Below, piece by piece: positions 29,461 through 42,556 of a stretch of DNA of 64,000 nucleotides. This DNA is from the human T2T-CHM13v2.0 reference genome, Homo sapiens. Under the pieces are notes generated by a model. The model saw only the letters and a program-made list of their open reading frames with translations, had not been told where the DNA came from and did not search any database. A program made the translations under genes and the position numbers. Numbering within the stretch: the first letter of the stretch is position 1; each line of letters starts with the position of its first letter. The DNA lies in assembly GCF_009914755.1 (NCBI RefSeq), contig NC_060927.1. One strand, written 5' to 3'.

Positions 29461-30189
29461 TCTGACCCAAGATCCAAAGGATCTTAGAGGACTTCTGACA
29501 GAAGATATTCAGCAAAAGTTGGTGCTCTGTCATGCTGACTTGCAGCATAATAAAAAAAGATAAAATCAAAAGAGGCAAATGTCTCTTAAAAATGTGAAGA
29601 ACCAGTTTTGACTGAGGATAAAATTATATAAAAGTCCTCTTATGTGGGTGACCATATTTGTCTATGACTTGCTTTTGCTTCATATTTTAGTTTTGAATAT
29701 TTTCTTTCATTGCGTCTCACTAAGGAAACTATTCTTTTTGACTCCCCACAGTTAAACCAGCCAATGAATCACTTATAACTTGCCATTAACAGCCAAGTTC
29801 TAATTGTTATATCTAGATATGATTTCCATGTCTTTTTCAGTCACAGATTATAAGTTTTTTTTAACTGCTCTGAGGTTTCTTTTACATCTCCAGAATCTGT
29901 AAAATTTAAGTACAGAATCTAAACCTAAAATTGAACACTTTATTATTGGAAGTAATTAATAACTAGATGTTTTTAAAGTATTAAAAGGAATGACATGTAT
30001 TTGCAAGCTTACTGAGGTTTTGTTTTTATTTCAGGTACCGTATGTTTTAGTTTGAGAACTTGTTCACTCATTATGTCCATCTTTCCTTTTCAATCTATAA
30101 ATATGTATAAGAGCTATTTTAAGCACTCACCTGCTAATTCCAGGTCATCTCAGGGTCTGCTCCTATTGACTCATGGCCACCCACCTTTA

Positions 30190-30303
30190 GTGGCGCTTCA
30201 TGTCATATGCAAGGAAAAGGGAGAAAAGATGTGAAACTAGAAGGACATATCAGTGGTGGTCAAACAGCAGGCTCGGGAGTTGAAGAGCGTTGGAGGAGGA
30301 AGA
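30190..30303 (+). repeat. Dispersed repeat copy A (~115 bp; partner at 39130-39245)
   Basis: Manual alignment, roughly 85% identity with one 2-bp indel. Confidence 0.9.
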
Positions 30304-30374
30304 AGCATAGCTATAAGGTCATATCTTTTGGCTTATTTTCTTAAGATAAATATCCAGTAATTTTAAAATTGCAT

Positions 30375-31060
30375 TGTGGATATTTGAAATGCTCCAACTC
30401 TTGAGAGTCTGAATATTTTTCTTCCTGCAAGAAATGTGAATTTTTATTATGGCCGGCAGTAATTTGCTGGCAGATAGGCTGGATCCCTCTGAAGCTTGAT
30501 TGTAAGCTTTGTTAGGTAGGGTCCAGTGGAGCCCTTAGTCTAAGGCTAGAGTCTTTTGGGGGTCTTGGTAGAAGGTCTACCCGTTCAGCAAGGTCTTCTG
30601 AGTCTGGATGGTCCGAGTTTGATGGCTCCCGGCACACTGTGGGACCTTCAGACCTTCTCTTGAGGCTTTCACTTGGTTACATATGTGACAATCCAGAAGC
30701 TCTCTTCTGCCAGGTCTCACTGAGTCTCTCCTGTGCATACCTGACATTGTATTTGGCCCAAGACCAGAGGACCTCTATGTAGATTTCCAAGCACCTGCTC
30801 TGTGCACTCCTCCTTTCAAAGATCATGCTCCCCAAACCCCAGCTGGCTCAGCACCCCCAGACTCTGACCTCTGTTCCTCTGCTGAAGCTGATCTGCTTGA
30901 GCCCCACTTCCCTTCAGCCTACCAAGCAGTGCCCCAGGCTAAAGGCCAATCAACCCAGGCCTCACTTAATGCATTTTTCTTCTTTTAGTAATATGTCTGA
31001 TGTCCGACATCTAAACACAGCTACTTCATTTATTATGACCATTCTTATATTTTTTTAAGC
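30375..31060 (-). mobile_element. Old L1M 5'-region fragment
   Basis: ttgtaagctttgttaggtagggtccag...gacctctatgtagatttccaag resembles antisense L1ME 5' sequence. Confidence 0.5.
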
Positions 31061-33434
31061 ATGAATCTACACCTGTCAATACCAGAAACCCAAGATTAGT
31101 TTTCTTGCTTTTATTCCACTGTTTTCAGTGTATTCATAATTTTAAAGATATTTCATATTGACCTTTTAAAAAGTATTATCATGGCATTGTTTTCAGAAGT
31201 GTGTTCTGTTAAAAAGTAAACTGGCTCTGTTATAAAACAAATGCATTTTTCTTGACAGCAGGACACCTCAGTGCCATAAAAAGCTGATATGGGTTGTAAA
31301 TTTTCAAGGGACTATATTATCTGCATTTTTCAAATTCATTCGACCACAGAATCCATTTTTAATAGATTGTCTTGTGGGAGTAATAGAAAATGTATTACTT
31401 TTTTGGGAAATGGTGCTCTGTGGATGCTATTTATTAATTTTATTAAAAATTTATATGCCTAATTAAAAAGCAAACATAGTTACAACCACCTTTTAAATTA
31501 ATTTTTAGATGGAAAATAAGCTTTGCTTCTTCTTCTTCTCTCTAATACTCCTCCACTCAAAATCATTCCAGGAAGTTCTCGAGACACATATGAAGATTTC
31601 TGAGTGTATATACATATGTTCCCAATGGTGAGTTTGCAGTTGAGCCCTGTAAACATTTTGTATATCATGGAATAACAGGAGAGTTTTACAGGGAGAAGTG
31701 CACTTTTACACTATGAAAACATGTATTTCATTTTGACATTTTTTCCCCAAAGAAAAAGACATTTTTTAGGTAGGATAAAATAAAGTCAGCGTTTTTCATT
31801 CTGTGAAGTTGTCAGCTTCTCATGCTGTTTGTTAAATGAGGTGTCACTGAAGATGTGAGAATGATGAGCTTTTAACAGCAGCAGCAGCGGCTGCAGCAGC
31901 TGGATCTCTTCTTTACCATTAATAATTAAATTATTTCAAGTCGTTTTACAGAGCAATCCTCCTCCTCCAGCACACTCACACAAAGCTCTGGGTACAGCTG
32001 ATTGGGAGGTGTCTCCTCACTGCCATGTCTAGGAATTGCATAGCAACAGCAGAGAGGTAGCAGACATGAGGATGCCTGACTGAGTGACATTCAAAGACCC
32101 AGGCACAATGTATTTCTTCAGTTACCTCTGCCAAGCAGCTCCTCTCTCTGGACCTCAATTGCTCTAACAGGAAAATGAATTCTTTAAACTAGATAATTTT
32201 AGAGTTTCTTTTTAGCTCTTATATTCCACAAACCTTGTTTAATAACACTACATGGACTAAACAGTGATAAGAATATCATGTCTATAAAACACTGCCTCTC
32301 TGGTTGAAAGTAGGAGAGAAGTGTCCTAAAAAACAATGGAAAATACAGCTGTCAAGCAATTTGTAGTTTCATTTTAACTTTACACCTGTAAACAGAAAAT
32401 ATCTTACTCTTCAAGTTTGGCCTTCAAGACTTAAATAATTCCTGTAATCACAATGAATTTGTCATCTGTCAAAACCCCACATTTTAGTTCTTGTCAAGCA
32501 ACAAAGTTGATGACTTTTCTCCTGAAACTTTATTCTGACTTTGCTTCTTACTGATAGCAGAAGATTACAAGGTGGGAGAGAGATTTTTCCCCAAAGATAC
32601 AATGGAATTTTGCAGAGAACCAGAACAAAAGGTGTTTAAATCTCTAAATGAAACTAGAAGAAAAAAAATTAAGTCACTCTGATTTCAGTTGCTAACAAAG
32701 GCAGAGAAAGAAAAATCCACTTGCTATGTTACTTCTCCATGAGCCAAGCTCAGCACAAAGTGAAAAAGGATTTTCTGATACAGCTTTACATTATCTTTAA
32801 TTGAATTATTGGTTTAGATTTTAGCAGAAGAGAAGAATAAAACGATCAAAGCCTTTGTTTTCCTGGGAGCCTCAAATGCACCTGTACTATATCCAGCTGT
32901 ATAAGTGATATGTATGGATACTCATAGGGATGCCTGCGTTCTCCTGCCTGGGGGCCAGGTGAACCTGGAGAATTGTGGGGTGTAGCTCCTGTAGCTGTGC
33001 TACCGTAAGCAATCATTCATCTAGAGCTCTGGAGAGTAGCTCCAGAAGGTGGTCCAGACCAAGCTGGGGCTTACAGGTAGAGACACAGCAGAAAGGCCAG
33101 GCCTGAGGGGCAACTTGAGACTTAAATGGAAGGTGAGGAATGGATTGGAAAGTGGAACATGAGGTAGTTCAGGGCAAGTGATTCAGAAAAACTCATGAGC
33201 AAGATTCAGAGAACTGATGTCCCCCTTTATATATGGGGCTTAGACGGAACCCAACTATCATTTCTTCCAGGCCTTATCCACTTAAGCCTCAGCCTTAGAA
33301 GGGGAGGCAGAGATGTGTTTTCCCCTTGTTGGGTGATTGGTTTCAGCTTTCTCATTTTGGAAACTTCAAGAGCACAGTAACTAAGCCCACGGACTTTAGC
33401 AAAGACGGCACTTACTAACTATATGATTTGGTGC

Positions 33435-33964
33435 TGTATTAGTCAGGGTTCCCTAGAGGGATGGAACTAATAGGATAGATGTCTATTAAAGGGGAATTTA
33501 TTAAGGAGTGCTGACTCACACAATCACAAGGTGAAGTCCCACAATAGGCTGTCTGCAAGCTGAGGAGTAAGGAAGTCAGTCTGAGTCCCAAAACCTCAAA
33601 AGTAGGGAAGCTGACACTACAGCCTTCAGCCTGTGGTCTAAGGCCTGAGAGCCCCTGGCACGTCCAAGAATCCGAAATCTGAAGAACTTGGAGTCTGATG
33701 TTCAAGGGCAGAAGCATCCCACATGGGAGAAAGGTGAAGACTGGAAGACTCAGCAAGTCTGCTCTTCCTTCTTCTGCCTGCTTTATTCTAGTGGTGCTGG
33801 CAGCTGATGAGATGGTGCCCACCCAGATTGAGGGTGGGTCTGCCTCTCCCAGTCCACTGACTCAAATGTTAATCTCTTTTGTCAGCACCCTCACAGACAC
33901 ATCCAGGAACAATATATTGCATCTTTCAATCTAATCCAGTTGACACTGAATATTAACCATTATA
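33435..33964 (-). mobile_element. MLT2A (HERV-L) solo LTR
   Basis: tgtattagtcagggttccctagaggga...cagttgacactgaatattaaccat; 5-bp TSD ggtgc/ggggc. Confidence 0.93.
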
Positions 33965-33974
33965 GGGGCCAATA

Positions 33975-34325
33975 CTGATTTGGGATAAGTTACTTAATTC
34001 CTCTGAATTTCAATTTCTTCCTCTGTAAAATGAGGATAACAAATCTAATAAAAACAATATAGGTGAGAATAATAATCTTAACCTTAGGATGGTGATGAGT
34101 AAAGCACTTACTACCTGGCACATCCAAATTAAGTATTAGAACGATTACAGTTACATTCTATTATCCTCTAGTTTGGGCTACTTCCAGTACTAAGATATAA
34201 GCTCCATGATAGCATGGATCCTTCGGTTTCACAATTGTATTTCAAACCTAGCAGAGAGCCTGGCACATGGTAGGAACTTTGCAAATATTTGTTGAATGAA
34301 GCAATGAATAAACAAATGAAAGAAA
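33975..34325 (+). mobile_element. MIR fragment followed by L2 3' end
   Basis: aagttacttaattcctctgaatttcaatttcttcctctgtaaaatg; then cctggcacatggtagg...atatttgttgaatgaa. Confidence 0.7.
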
Positions 34326-34581
34326 CTGGCCAGTACTCCTGGATAGCTTGCCAAGATATCTGTGAGGGAGGGTGATGCCACCACCAAAGCACTAGGGCAC
34401 CCCAAGGTGCAAAGCTCTGACCCTGCCTGGTTTGGCCAGAGATTCTCACACACACCTGAAATGTCCTTTTGTATGGTAAATTATATTTTCTTTTTATTAC
34501 TGTTTCCAGTACTTTGATCCAAGTCTCTTTTACATGTGTGCAAGAATATAAGATGCATCTCTTTTTAGTATTTTCACATAA

Positions 34582-37500
34582 TTTTTTTTATACTTTAAGT
34601 TCTGGGATACATGTGCAGAACATGCACGTTTGTTACATAGGTGTACACGTGCCATGGTGGTTTGCTGCACCCATCAACCCGTCATCTACATTAAGTATTT
34701 CTCCTAATGCTATCCCTCCCCTAGGCCCTCACCCCCCAACAGGCCCTGGTGTGTGATGTTACCTTCCCTGTGTCCATGTGTTCTCATTGTTCAACTCCCA
34801 CTTATGAGTGAGAATATGTGGTGTTTGGTTTTATATTCCTGTGTTAGTTTGCTGAGAATGATGGTTTCCAGCTTCATCCATGTCCCTGCAAAGGACATGA
34901 ACTCATTCTTTTTTATGGCTGCATAGTATTCCATGGTGTATACGTGCCACATTTTCTTTTTCCAGTCTATCATTGATGGGCATTTGTGTTGGTTCCAAGT
35001 CTTTGCTATGGTGAACAGTGCTGCAATAAACATACGTGTGCATGTCTTTATAGTAGCATGATTTATAATCCTTTGGGTATATACCCAGTAATGGGCTTGC
35101 TGGGTCAAATGGTATTTCTGGTTCTAGATCCTTGAGGAATTGCCACACTGTCTTCCACAATGGTTGAACTGATTTACACTCCCACCAACAGTGTAAAAGG
35201 GTTCCTATTCCTCCACATCCTCTCCAGCATCTGTTGTTTCCTGACTTTTTATTAGAGATAGACATTCTAACTGGCATGAGATGGTATCTCATTGTGGTTT
35301 TGATTTACATTTCTCTAATGTCCAGTGATGATGAGCTTTTTTTCGTATGCTTTTTGGCCACATAAATGTCTTCTTTGAGAAGGGTCTGTTCATATCCTTT
35401 GCCTACTTTTTGATGGGGTTGTTTTTTTTTCTTGTAAATTTGTTTAAGTTCTTCTTAGATTCTGGATATTAGCCCTTTGTCTGGTGGATAGATTGCAAAA
35501 ATTTTCTCCCATTCTGTAGGTTGTCTGTTCACTCTGATGACAGTTTCTTTTGCTGTGCAGAAGCTCTTTAGTTTAATTAGATCCCATTTGTCAATTTTGG
35601 CTGTTGTTGCCATTGCTTTTGGTGTTTTAGTCATGAAGTCTTTGCCAATGTCTATGTCCTGAATGGTATTGCCTAGGTTTTCTTCTAGGGTTTGTATGGT
35701 TTTAGGTCTTATGTTTAAATCTTTAATCCATCTTGAGTTAATTTTTGTATAAGGTGTAAGGAAGGGATCCAGTTTCAGTTTTCTGTATATGGCTAGCCAG
35801 TTTTCCCAGCATCATTTATTAAATAGGGAATCCTTTCCCCATTTCTTGTTTTTGTCAGATTTGTCAAAGATCAAATGGTTGTAGATGTGTGGTGTTATTT
35901 ATGAGGCCTCTCTTCTGTTTCATTGGTCTATATATCTGTTTTGGTACCAGTACCATGCTGTTTTGGTTACTGTAGCCTTGTACTAGAGTTTGAAGTGAGG
36001 CAGCGTGATGCCTCCAGCTTCGTTCTTTTGGCTTAGGATTGACTTGGCTATATGGGCTCCTTTTTGGTTCCATATGAAATTTAAAGTAGTTTTTTCTAAT
36101 TCTGTGAAGAAAGTCAATGGTAGCTTGAAGGGGATAGCATTGAATTTATAAATTACTTTAAGCAGTATGGCCATTTTCATGATATTGATTCTTCCTATCC
36201 ATGAGCATGGAATGTTTTTCCATTTGTTTGTATCCTCTCTTATTTTCTTTAGCCGTGGTTTATAGTTCTCCTTGAAGAGATCCTTTACATCCCTTGTAAG
36301 TTGTATTCCTAGGTATTTTATTATCTTTGTAGCAATTGTGAATGGGAGTTCACTCATGATTTGGCTCTCTGTTTGTCTGTTATTGGTGTATAGGAATGCC
36401 TGTGACTTTTGCACATTGATTTTGTATCCTGAGACTTTGCTGAAGTTGCTTATCAGCTTAAGGAGATTTTGGCCTGAGACGATGGGGTTTTCTAAATATA
36501 CAATCACGTCATCTGCAAACAGGAACAATTTGACTTCCTCCTTCCTATTTGAATACCCTTCATTTCTTTCTCTTGACTGATTGCCCTGGCCAGAACTTCC
36601 AATACTATGTTGAATAGGAGTGGTGAGAGAGGGCATCTTTGTCTTGTGTCAGTTTTCAAAGGGTATGCTTCCAGCTTTTGCCCATTCAGTATGATATTGG
36701 CTGTGGGTTTGTCATAAATAACTTTTATTATTTTGAGATGCGTTCCACCAATGCCTAGTTTATTGAGGGTTTTTGGCATGAAGCAGTGTTGAATTTTATG
36801 GAAGGTCTTTTCTACATCTATTGAGATAATCATGTGGTTTTTATCATTGGTTCTGTTTGTGTGACAGATTACATTTATTGATTTGAGTATGTTGAACCGG
36901 CCTTGTATCCCAGGGATGAAGCTGACTTGATCATGGTGGATAAGCTTTTTGATGTGCTGCTGGATTCAGTTTGCCAGTATTTTATTGAGGATTTTCTCAT
37001 CGATGTTTGTCAGGGATATTGGCCTGGAATTTTCTTTTTTTGTTGTGTCTCTGCCAGGTTTTGGTATCAGAATGATGCTGGTCTCATAAAATGAGTTACG
37101 GAAGAGTCCCCCTTTTTCTATTGATTGGAATAGTTCAGAAGGAATGGTACCAGCTCCTCTTTGTATCTCTGGTAAAATTCAGCTGTGAATCTATCTGGTC
37201 CTGGGCTTTTTTTGGTTGGAAGGCTATTAATTACTTTCTCAATGTCAGAACTTGTTATTGGTCTATTCAGGGATTTGACTTCTTCCTGTTTTATTCTTGG
37301 GAGGGTGGATGTGTCCAGGAATTTATCCATTTCTTCTAGATTTTCTAGTTTATTTGCCTATAGGTGTTTCTAGCATTCTCTGATGGTAGTTTGTATTTCT
37401 GCTGGATCAGTGATGATATCCCCTTTATCATTTTTTTATTGTGTCTATTTGATTCTTCTCTCTTTTCTTCTTTATTAGTCTGGGTAGTGGTATATTTTAT

Positions 37501-38866
37501 TAATCTTTTCAAAAAACCACCTCCTGAGTTCTTTGATTTTTTGAAGGTTTTTTCATGTCTCTCTCTCCTTCAGTTCTGCTCTGATCTTAGTTATTTCTTG
37601 TGTTCTGCCAGCTTCTGTTTGCCCTTGCTTCTCTAGTTCTTTTTATTGTGATGTTAGGGTGTCGATTTTAGATCTTTCCTGTTTTCTCCTGTGGGCATTT
37701 AGTGCTATAAATTTCTTTCTTAACACTGCTTTAGCTGAATCCCAGAGATTCTGGTACATTGTGTCTTTGTTCTCATTGGTTTCAAAGAACTTCTTTATTT
37801 CTGCCTTAATTTTGTTATTTACCCTATAGTCATTCAGGAGCAGGTTGTTCAGTTTCCATGTAGTTGTGCCGTTTTGAGTGAGTTTCTTAATCCCGAGTTC
37901 TAATTTGATTGCACTGTGGTCTGAGACACTGTTTGTTAGGATTTCCATTGTTTTGCATTTGCTGAGGAGTGTTTTGCTTCCAATTATGTGGTCAATTTTA
38001 GAATAAATGTGATGTGGTGCTGAGAAGAATGCGTATTCTGTTGATTTGGGGTGGAGAGTTCTGTAGATGTCTATTAGTTCTGCTTGCTCCAGAGCTGAGT
38101 TCATGTCCTGAATATCCTTGTTAATTTTCAGTCTTGTTGATCTGCCTAATATTGAGAGTGGAGTATTAAAGTCCCCCACTATTATTGTGTGAGAGTCTGA
38201 GTCTCTTTTTAGGCCTCTAAGAACTTGCTTTATGAATCTGGGTGCTCCTGTATTGGGTGCATATATATTTAGGATAGTTAGCTCTTCTTATTACATTGAT
38301 TCCTTTACCATTATGTATACCCTTCTTTGTCTTTTTTGATCTTTGTTGGTTTAAAGTCTGTTTTATCAGTGATTAGGGTTGCCACCCCCACTTTTTTTTT
38401 GCTTTCCTTTTGCTTGATAAATTTTCCTCCATATCTTTATTTTGAGCCTATATGTGTCTTTGCATGTGAGATGGGTCTCCTGAATACAGCACACCAATGG
38501 GTCTTGACTCTATCCAATTTGCCAGTCTGTGTCTTTTAATTGGGGCATTTAGCCCATTTACATTTCAGGTTAATATTGTTATGTGTGAATTTGATCTTGT
38601 CATTTTGATTCTAGCTGGCTATTTTGTCTGTTAATTGATGCAGTTTCCTCATGGTGTCAATGGTCTTTACAATTTGGTATGTTGTTGTAGTGGTGGGTAC
38701 TTCTATTTTCTTTCCATATTTAGTGCTTCCTTCAGGAGCTCTTGTAAGGCATCCCTGGTGGTGACAAAATCTCTCAGCATTTGCTTGTCTGTAAAGGATT
38801 TTATTTCTCCTTCACTTATGAAGCTTAGTGTGGCTGGATATGAAATTGTGGGTTGAAAATTGTTTC
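34582..38866 (-). mobile_element. 5'-truncated L1PA7-like LINE-1 (end of ORF1, disrupted ORF2, 3'UTR)
   Basis: Antisense EN ([18 protein letters not shown]) and RT ([13 protein letters not shown]) fragments; TSD tttcacataa at both ends. Confidence 0.96.
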
Positions 38867-39085
38867 CTTTCACATAAACATTTTTAAATTCATGGGGCTT
38901 GGCTGATACAGTAATAATACCATTTTGTCCTATCTCCCATGTTATTCCCCAAAGACAGCAATTACAGAAGGCATTTCATTTCATCTGCTCTTCTACAGTA
39001 GATAGCATATGCACACAGACAATACATTATCCCAACACAAGTTTTCCGTACTGAGTGTAGCCTCACAAAAATCTCATTTAAATGC

Positions 39086-39099
39086 GTTGCCATGGAATT
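39086..39099. promoter_or_regulatory. RFX X-box-like motif
   Basis: GTTGCCATGGAATT versus consensus GTTGCCATGGCAAC; motif match only. Confidence 0.35.
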
Positions 39100-39129
39100 A
39101 GTGACAAATTTTAATATAATGTATCTCTT

Positions 39130-39245
39130 GTGGGGCTTCATGTCATATGAAAGGAAAAGACAGAAAATATGGGAAACTAGAAGGAGACACATCAGTTGTG
39201 ATCATACAGCAGGCTCAAGAGTTGAAGCATCTTGGAGGAGGAAGA
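39130..39245 (+). repeat. Dispersed repeat copy B (~115 bp; partner at 30190-30303)
   Basis: gtggggcttcatgtcatatg...gaaactagaagg...cagcaggctc...ttggaggaggaaga. Confidence 0.9.
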
Positions 39246-41469
39246 GACAGAGAGCGTCAGAGAGGAGTCATGGAAATGAAGGAGGTAGAAAGCAAGGCAG
39301 TTCGGTACCATCAAGCTGCCACAACATGCAGTTCCTTCTGCTTATTAGGACATATACCCCTTTTAATACAATTTTTCTCTTTTAAAAGTTGCTTTCCACC
39401 ATTACATTGTAGACTCAATGATGATATGGACTGGTTTTATTTCAAGAGTTTAACAGAGTCTTTGACATATAGTAAATTCTTAAAATTTTTGACTGGACAT
39501 TTGGATAGGTAGATAGATGGAAGGATGGATGATCAGAATATAAAAGAGACTAGAGAAGAGCAGAGGTTATCAAATAGAAGCTGTCAAGCACCTAATTTCC
39601 CCAGCGCTTTCCAGGGCTGATCCAAGCTACAGAGTTTCCTGGGATTCTTGGATGGAAGGAGTTTTACCCCTGGGAAGGAGAAGATGGAAGGAGGCATATC
39701 ATTCAGTCAGAAGGTGGAGTTCAGTATGATAGAGATGGAAGTGGAAGTGTATCATCAACTGCGAGCCAGAATCAATATTTAAATTTTGGGTTGGAGAGTA
39801 GCTTGAAAAAAAAAGTAAAACAGTTAAGGGTACTTACAGATATTACTCACAGGGGACTTAAAACAGAGCATGTATTGCTTACAGGGCACTTGTAAAACAA
39901 ATAGTGCAGGGTATTTATCAAAAATGGATATTGCTACCTCATCAGATTTGATGTGTCTGTCTCAGGAGGATTTTTAGGAGGACTGGCTCTTTTGTAGAGT
40001 CAGGAATGAAGGAGATACTCCCATTTCCAGAACCCTCTTTTAGACTCATCCGAGGGGTGCAGACACTAAATTCCAGAGTATGTGTTCTATCCCATACACT
40101 GTCACCACCTAGAACTTGAAAGTCCTGAGACTGAATATAGTTTAAGCAAGAGTTCAGAAGGCCTTTGACAACATGTTCAGGTTACCCATCTTAGGTTCTG
40201 GAACCTGGAAGATGTACCGAACAGGGTCTTAGTAGGCCAGATGGAGCAGAGAGTCATAAAAACAGGATGGACAAAATAATAGAGGGTGATTGGAGCTGCA
40301 AACTGTAAAACTAGAGTTGACTATGGGTATTAACTTGAAAGACTCACGTCACCATCCTCTGGTTGTAGCAGATGCAGGGCTTTTTACATTTTATCTCCCA
40401 TCCTAGATTCCCTGCTGACACATTCCCTATTCTTGGGTGCAAGAGAGAGTATGTCTTCCATGTCTTCTTAAATACTCTGACTACTGAGGAGGTGTGGTGT
40501 TTGGTGTAAGGAGTTTGGAGGACAAATCGATACTTTTGAAAGACGACAGTCTGTGTAGAGGAGCAAGGTAAGTTACTATAGGCAAAGTTCAGGTCTTGGA
40601 AAGCATCTGGGTTGATTGGCTAGTTCTATTATCTGCAATATTCTAGGGATCAGTTGACCATTCCAGGTTGTTGTTGGCCCAGGAGAGGTACATGATAGTC
40701 TGGTTGGTATGGATGTGTAAGCCCAAGCTCAGAGAGCATTTTCCAAAACAAGAATTTGGAAACAAGAAACCAAAGTGCATAGTCAGAGATCAGAGAGCTG
40801 GGCAGTCTGTGAAAGTAGATCTTTTTGATGAAGACAGTTGCTGTGGGTGATACAGATGAGCAGCAGTGGGATATTGGTACCTAGAAAATATGCCATTTTG
40901 GCAAAAGCATTTAACATTATTGGGATGATGTCTTGGGCATCAGGAAGCCAAGCACTTAAAATATATCTTTCTGATAAAATCCCAGGATGTTTGAGATGAC
41001 AGAAAATGCGGCAGGTCTTTAGGCCTCTCTGAGCCATCTCTAATCCAAGGGTATCCATTCTAAATACTTGGGTATTTTGAAGCATGCCCCCATGAGGTAC
41101 TGGAAGAACCTAAGATCATGTTTTGGGCTTCTACTAGGCTTGGTGGCCTGACATGTTGGTAGATGTCACAACTAGACCAGTTGCCTTGTGTGGCTGTGAA
41201 TTTCCACCAGGCATTGTTACGCATATGCATTAGTGATGGCCTGGTTGGGATTGTCTTACTTTCCTAGGATTGGGGTGGGCTAGATGACTACAGAGTTTTC
41301 TAGGAAAAGTATTTCTCTAGGTGTGGCAACCTCAGCTCTCTCCCATTTGAGGGCTCTTGTAATGTTTCTCCCTATCAATTTTGCTTGGAGCAAAGATAAG
41401 GGAGAATTTAAATCAAAGATCTCAGGCCATCTGGCACAGGGCATTTCCATTGGTTATAGAATCTGGTCT

Positions 41470-42036
41470 AAAACTACCAGAAACACATGTGCAGTTGAGC
41501 AAAGTGGTTTTATTCCTTGTTGAAGTTAGCGAGACTGCCGCCATGGGGAACTGCGCCTCAGTAAGAATATTAGAAACGACTGTAAGTGTTGGTTAGGTGA
41601 TTTTGGAGAGGGTCCCAGGAAATGTGGGTTTGCTCAGGATTGAGTGCTGTTAAAAAGTGGGAAGAATCTTATAATTGGGCATCTCAATAAATCTTATGTA
41701 GAAGGAGGGCAAGACTAAAGCAAGGCTAAAGCTATAATTGGCGGACAAGCAACTGTCACTCATATTAGCCAGGAGAGGGAGGTTTCACATTTTGTAGTTT
41801 GCATAAAGACCTTGTCTTTGTCTGTGTTTAGACAAGCATTATGAAGTGATCCTGTTTAGTCTCACTTCGTCAAGGTCACAGAGTGATCTTGTCTGATGCT
41901 GGCAGTCCATGAGATAGTTTTTGTCCAATAAGAGAACCCCTGGTGTAGCTGTGAGCACTGGGCCTGCTTTCATAACACTGAGGCTTAGCTGTGTTAGGCC
42001 AGTTCCCCTTGTTAGGAGATGCTCTTTTCTCTTTCA
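41470..42036 (-). mobile_element. ERVL-class solo LTR (MER76/MER77-like)
   Basis: Minus strand begins tgaaagagaaaag...gcatcagacaagatcactctgtgacc. Confidence 0.65.
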
Positions 42037-42055
42037 CCTGTCTTGTCACAGCTAC

Positions 42056-42556
42056 TGTAGGTTGCAAAGGTCCTATTTGAGTCAGGGAGCATAAATGTTT
42101 CAAATGAAGAGAATTCAATGAAGGGACTATTTCCAGAGATGTGGGCCAGATTAGGGAAACAATAAAGTGAGGAACCCAGAGACCAGCAACAATGACAAGC
42201 CATTACCACTGCCACTGCCACCCCTCCCCAGAGCTGATGGAATAATGGTAGAAATTAACCTTTATTGGAATCAGTGAGAATGGGAACCCTAGTGGAGGGG
42301 CTGCCTTCCAGAAACTAGGCTGTTGAAGACATGCAGCAATTGTCAGAAATGCTTTGGTAGAGCAGGAGGGATGTGGAGAGACATATCCATTCCTTCTCTC
42401 TTTTGCTAGTGGCTTCCACTGGCTTAACATAAGCAGGAGCCAGGAGCAAGGTAGCTTAGGTTATGCAGTCAGAGCTTCCTGGGGCATTGAACAGGGCAGA
42501 GAAGAGCAGAGAATCAATATAGGAGTGGGCATGGAAAATGAGAAATAGCCAGCAGA
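42056..42556 (-). mobile_element. ERVL-class LTR (LTR50-like)
   Basis: aatgaagggactatttccagagatgtgggc...agcaacaatgacaagccattaccac. Confidence 0.55.

Noticed and set aside
31876-31901. Short (CAG)n-like run
   Set aside because: Only a few interrupted units and not in a supported ORF
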